Shown piece after piece: positions 21,809 through 25,311 of a DNA stretch of 25,311 nucleotides. The position numbers and the translations under genes are program-made. Each line of letters opens with the position of its first letter. Position 1 is the stretch's first letter. The notes below the pieces were generated by a model that saw only the letters and a list, made by a program, of their open reading frames with translations, was not told where the DNA came from and did not search any database. The stretch comes from Planctomycetaceae bacterium (GTDB lineage Bacteria > Planctomycetota > Planctomycetia > Planctomycetales > Planctomycetaceae), in contig JAHBXV010000067.1 of assembly GCA_019636285.1 (NCBI GenBank), forward strand, positions 1-25,311, in the 5' to 3' direction.

Positions 21809-24800
21809 CTACATCCCTGACACAGGGCGACTGGTCCGCAGCAGTTCTTCGTCAGAAACTTGGCTGTGAGCCAGTCGGTCGGCATCCTTGCCGGAAAACT
21901 TCCAGAACAGACCGGGGTGAATCAGGAACTCGCAGAAGGTCGAGGTCACCAATCCCCCCAGGATCACGGTGGCAACGGGATACAGGATCTCCAGGCCGGG
22001 CTTCTTGCCGCCGACGACCAGTGGAATCAGTGCAATTCCCGCCGTGAGGGCCGTCATCAGCACCGGAGCCAATCGTTCGAGGCTGCCGCGCAGGACCATC
22101 TCCTTCGAGAAGCCCTCCCCCTCTTCCTTCATCAGGTGGAAATAGTGGGTGACCAGCAGAATGCCATTGCGAACGGCGATCCCTCCCAACGACACGAACC
22201 CCACTAAACTGGCCACTGTCAAAGTCTGATTGGTCAGTACCAGGGCCAAGACCCCGCCAATGAATGCCGTCGGGATGGCGTTGAGAATCTGGAGCGTGAT
22301 CCGCACGGACGGATAGAGCATCATCAAGACGATGAAGACTCCCGCCAGCGAGACTCCCGCCAGGACTGTAATCAATCGCGTGGCAGAGCGTTGGGCTTCA
22401 AACTGGCCGCCGAACTCCACGAAGTAGCCGGTCGGCATCGCGACCTGTCCACGCACCCGCTGTTCGATCTCCACCACGGCACTTTCGAGGTCGCGACCCG
22501 TGACGTTGCAACGGATGGTCTGTCGTCGACGGACGTTTTCCCGGTTTACCAGGTTGGGGCCGCTCGCGGCTTCGGGGAAATCGGCGACTTCCCGCAGTCG
22601 AATTTGACCCCGCCCCTCGGGAAGATCGAGTCGCAACTCGCCCAGGTTGTAGGCGTCCGACCGGTACGGTTCCTTGAGCTTGATGACGAGGTCGAACCGC
22701 CGCTGTCCCTCCAGCACCTGGGACACGGCTTCTCCCTTGAGAGCTGTCTGCACGAAGTCCGCAACGTACTCGCGGCTCAGCCCAAAGAACGCTAGGTCAT
22801 CAGGGCGGAGCACCACGTGCAGTTCATCCACGCGCTCCTGCGGGTCGACGATCGGTGGCGTCACACCGGGAACCGCCGCGATGACATCGCGAACCTGTCC
22901 AGCGAGCTGACGCAACTTGTCGAGATCGTCGCCATAGAGCTTGATGGCGAGCTGAGCGTTGACTCCGGACAGCATATGACTAATGAGGTGCGACAGCGGC
23001 TGCTCCGCTTCGATCTCTACGCCGGGGACGTTGGAACGCAAGTCGGCCAGCAGTGTCTTCAGGAATTCGTCCCGGCGATAGCGAGCGTCAGGGTTCATGG
23101 TCAGGATGTACTCGCCGACGTTGACCGGCTGCGCATGTTCATCCAGTTCGGCCCGCCCCGTCCGTCGCGCGAAATGCAGGATCGGGGCGTCGAGTTGTTG
23201 CGGCGATTTCTGCATCGTCATCAGTCGGGCATCAATCAATGCGGAAACCTGATTCGATGCCTTCAGCGACGAGCCGCCGGGCAAGGCCACGTTGATTTGA
23301 ACAGACCCCTCATCGAACTTGGGGAGGAAATCCGCTCCCAGTCGGGAGAGTTGCCAGACACTGAATCCGACGCAGAGCCAAGTCAGCAGCAGCAAGAGTC
23401 CCGGCACCCGCATGCTGAACCGAATCAAAAACCCCGCCGCCCACTTCAGTCCCCGCAGGAGCAGACCGTCGTGATGGCCATGCGCGGCCTGCGACTGCGG
23501 CAGCAGGTAATACGACAACACGGGGGTGACCGTCAGTGAGACCACCAGGGACGCCAGAATCGACACGATGTAGGCGATGCCCAGCGGCGCGAACAAGCGG
23601 CCTTCGACGCCCGACAGAGCGAACAGCGGGACGAACGCCAAGACAACGACGGCCGTGCCGAACACGATCGCCGAGCGAATCTCCATGCTGGCTTCATACA
23701 CCACCACAATGTCCGGTCGCGGATGCGGGGCGGCGCTGTTCTCCGCCAGTCTGCGGAAAATGTTCTCGACATCGACGATGGCGTCGTCCACCAGCTCACC
23801 GATGGCGACCGCGATGCCTCCCAATGTCATGACGTTGATCGAGAGTTCGGTGCCGGTCAGCAACCCGACTAGGCGAAACACCAGCGTCGTGATCACCAGC
23901 GAGAGCGGAATGGCCGTCAGCGTGATGAACGTCGTGCGGAGATTGAGCAGAAACAGAAACAGCACGATGACCACCAGCACGGCCCCGATCAACAGGGCTT
24001 CTTCGACATAGTAGATCCCGCGATCGATGAAGCTCTTGAGCTGGAACAGGTCCGTATTGATGACCATATCGGCGGGCAGTGCTGCTTCGGTCTCCCGGAG
24101 CGCAGTTTTGACTTCGTCCGTGAGCTTGCGCGTATCGGCGTGCGGCTGCTTCACGATCGTGATGACCACACCCGCATGGCCGTCGATGCTGGCATCCCCC
24201 CGCTTGGGAGCGGGGCCTTCCTCGATCTGGGCAACATGGCGCAATAAAACGGGACGATCCTCGTTCACATCCACGGGAACTTTGCGGAGATCCTCGATCA
24301 CCTTGTCCCGGTTCGGCCCCAGTCGGCCAATGATTCGGACCGGCCGCTCCGTCTGATCTTCTTCGAGAAATCCGCCGCTCGTGTTCAGGTTGTTGGCCTG
24401 AATGGCAGTTTCGACCTGTTGCAGCGAGACGTTGTACTCCTGCAATTTCTGGGGATCGACCAGTACCTGATACTGTTTCTTGTCACCCCCCATCACGATC
24501 ACTTCCGCGATGCCGGGGAGCTTCAGCAGACGAGGACGGATGAGCCAGTCGGCGGTTGTCCGCACGTCCATTCGCTCTTCCAAGGGTGTCAGGAACCGCC
24601 CTTCGTAAGTTCGCTCGTTCCAGACAAAAGCAGCAGTTCGCCCCGATTCCACCCACTGCAAGCGGCTCACTTCCACCCGTTCCCAAGTCGCCAGATCGTT
24701 TCGATTCCGGGGTCGCCAGACGGTCAAAGCAGGGCTGCTGTCTGGTCCGGTTCTCTCGACCAGCAAATTCGTGGTCGCGATCGAAGCCAGTTCCCCCCCT

Positions 24801-25246
24801 TGCGGTCCCTGACGACGATGAATGCCGACATGGAGGATCTGTCCCATGATCGACGCGGTCGGCGTCATCAGTGGACGGACACCGGGCGGCATGGGCAGCG
24901 CGGCCAACCGTTCCATGACAACCTGTCGCGCGGCCCGCACATCCGTCTTCCAACTGAACTCGACATAGATGACGTTCATTCCCTGACTGGACTGGCTCCG
25001 GACCGCCTCGACGCCGGAAGCCCCCAGAATCGCCGTCTCGATGGGAAAGGTGACCAGCGTCTCGACCTCTTCCGAGGAGAGACCGGGGCATTCGGTCAGG
25101 ATGACGACCCGTGGACGGTCCAGATCGGGAAAGACATCGATCGGCAGCGTCGTCGAAAGGTATCCCCCATAAGCGAGCACGACCGCGCACGCGGCCAGAA
25201 TCAGCGCGCGATTCGTCAACGAGAATCGAATCAGAGCATTCAGCAT
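21809..25246 (-). CDS. Second heavy-metal efflux RND transporter (CusA/CzcA family), with an inserted segment of roughly 70-100 aa in the first periplasmic loop
   Basis: Starts MLNALIRFSLTNRALILAA. HME-type TM4 segment AIGELVDDAIVDVENI. The inserted segment HRRQGPQGG...TTADWLI maps to about 24529-24832 and is absent from the paralog at 7570-11211. Confidence 0.9.
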   Translation of the reverse strand: MLNALIRFSLTNRALILAACAVVLAYGGYLSTTLPIDVFPDLDRPRVVILTECPGLSSEEVETLVTFPIETAILGASGVEAVRSQSSQGMNVIYVEFSWKTDVRAARQVVMERLAALPMPPGVRPLMTPTASIMGQILHVGIHRRQGPQGGELASIATTNLLVERTGPDSSPALTVWRPRNRNDLATWERVEVSRLQWVESGRTAAFVWNERTYEGRFLTPLEERMDVRTTADWLIRPRLLKLPGIAEVIVMGGDKKQYQVLVDPQKLQEYNVSLQQVETAIQANNLNTSGGFLEEDQTERPVRIIGRLGPNRDKVIEDLRKVPVDVNEDRPVLLRHVAQIEEGPAPKRGDASIDGHAGVVITIVKQPHADTRKLTDEVKTALRETEAALPADMVINTDLFQLKSFIDRGIYYVEEALLIGAVLVVIVLFLFLLNLRTTFITLTAIPLSLVITTLVFRLVGLLTGTELSINVMTLGGIAVAIGELVDDAIVDVENIFRRLAENSAAPHPRPDIVVVYEASMEIRSAIVFGTAVVVLAFVPLFALSGVEGRLFAPLGIAYIVSILASLVVSLTVTPVLSYYLLPQSQAAHGHHDGLLLRGLKWAAGFLIRFSMRVPGLLLLLTWLCVGFSVWQLSRLGADFLPKFDEGSVQINVALPGGSSLKASNQVSALIDARLMTMQKSPQQLDAPILHFARRTGRAELDEHAQPVNVGEYILTMNPDARYRRDEFLKTLLADLRSNVPGVEIEAEQPLSHLISHMLSGVNAQLAIKLYGDDLDKLRQLAGQVRDVIAAVPGVTPPIVDPQERVDELHVVLRPDDLAFFGLSREYVADFVQTALKGEAVSQVLEGQRRFDLVIKLKEPYRSDAYNLGELRLDLPEGRGQIRLREVADFPEAASGPNLVNRENVRRRQTIRCNVTGRDLESAVVEIEQRVRGQVAMPTGYFVEFGGQFEAQRSATRLITVLAGVSLAGVFIVLMMLYPSVRITLQILNAIPTAFIGGVLALVLTNQTLTVASLVGFVSLGGIAVRNGILLVTHYFHLMKEEGEGFSKEMVLRGSLERLAPVLMTALTAGIALIPLVVGGKKPGLEILYPVATVILGGLVTSTFCEFLIHPGLFWKFSGKDADRLAHSQVSDEELLRTSRPVSGM

Positions 25247-25252
25247 GACGGC

Positions 25253-25311
25253 TACTTCCCTTCGTCTTCGTTTTTGTGAAGGCTGCCGTCCGCATGCACG
25301 TGATAACCCTT
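25253..25311 (-). CDS. 3' end (last 19 codons ..KGYHVHADGSLHKNEDEGK*) of an upstream minus-strand gene. By operon context probably the membrane-fusion protein partner of HME-RND #2. Partial, runs off the window.
   Basis: In-frame TAG at 25253-25255. Ends 6 nt before the RND ATG at 25246. Confidence 0.35.

Noticed and set aside
24419-25279. 286-aa plus-strand and 270-aa minus-strand alternative-frame ORFs
   Set aside because: They overlap the RND #2 N-terminal coding region, which has a canonical MLNALIRFSLTNR start.
1-25311. Search for CRISPR arrays and rRNA
   Set aside because: No regularly spaced direct repeats of 25-40 nt with unique spacers, and no rRNA-like conserved segments, were seen.

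Overview
High-GC window with three blocks; the GC content and weak Shine-Dalgarno usage look Planctomycete-like, but that is a guess. (1) nt 1-2940 is a dense plus-strand tRNA gene array. It holds about 15 tRNA or tRNA-like genes, several of them non-canonical, separated by long hairpin-forming repetitive spacers. A small membrane-protein gene and an HNH endonuclease gene are embedded in it. (2) nt 2940-7150 holds a cytoplasmic SPFH/band-7 protein with a triplicated N-terminal motif, a hypothetical HTH protein and an AbiEi/AbiEii toxin-antitoxin pair. (3) nt 7570-25311 is one very long minus-strand heavy-metal (Cu/Ag-type) resistance supercluster. Read in transcription order it contains a partial MFP, HME-RND #2, a His-motif lipoprotein, a small membrane protein, an IS remnant plus a Cys-rich ORF, two TRASH-domain lipoproteins, a BNR beta-propeller, a His-rich lipoprotein, a CopA P1B-ATPase with four N-terminal metal-binding modules, a tandem-fused double membrane-fusion protein and HME-RND #1. 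No outer-membrane factor gene is present in the window. No rRNA or CRISPR array was seen. tRNA anticodons and all coordinates were derived by hand-folding and should be confirmed with tRNAscan-SE or ARAGORN.
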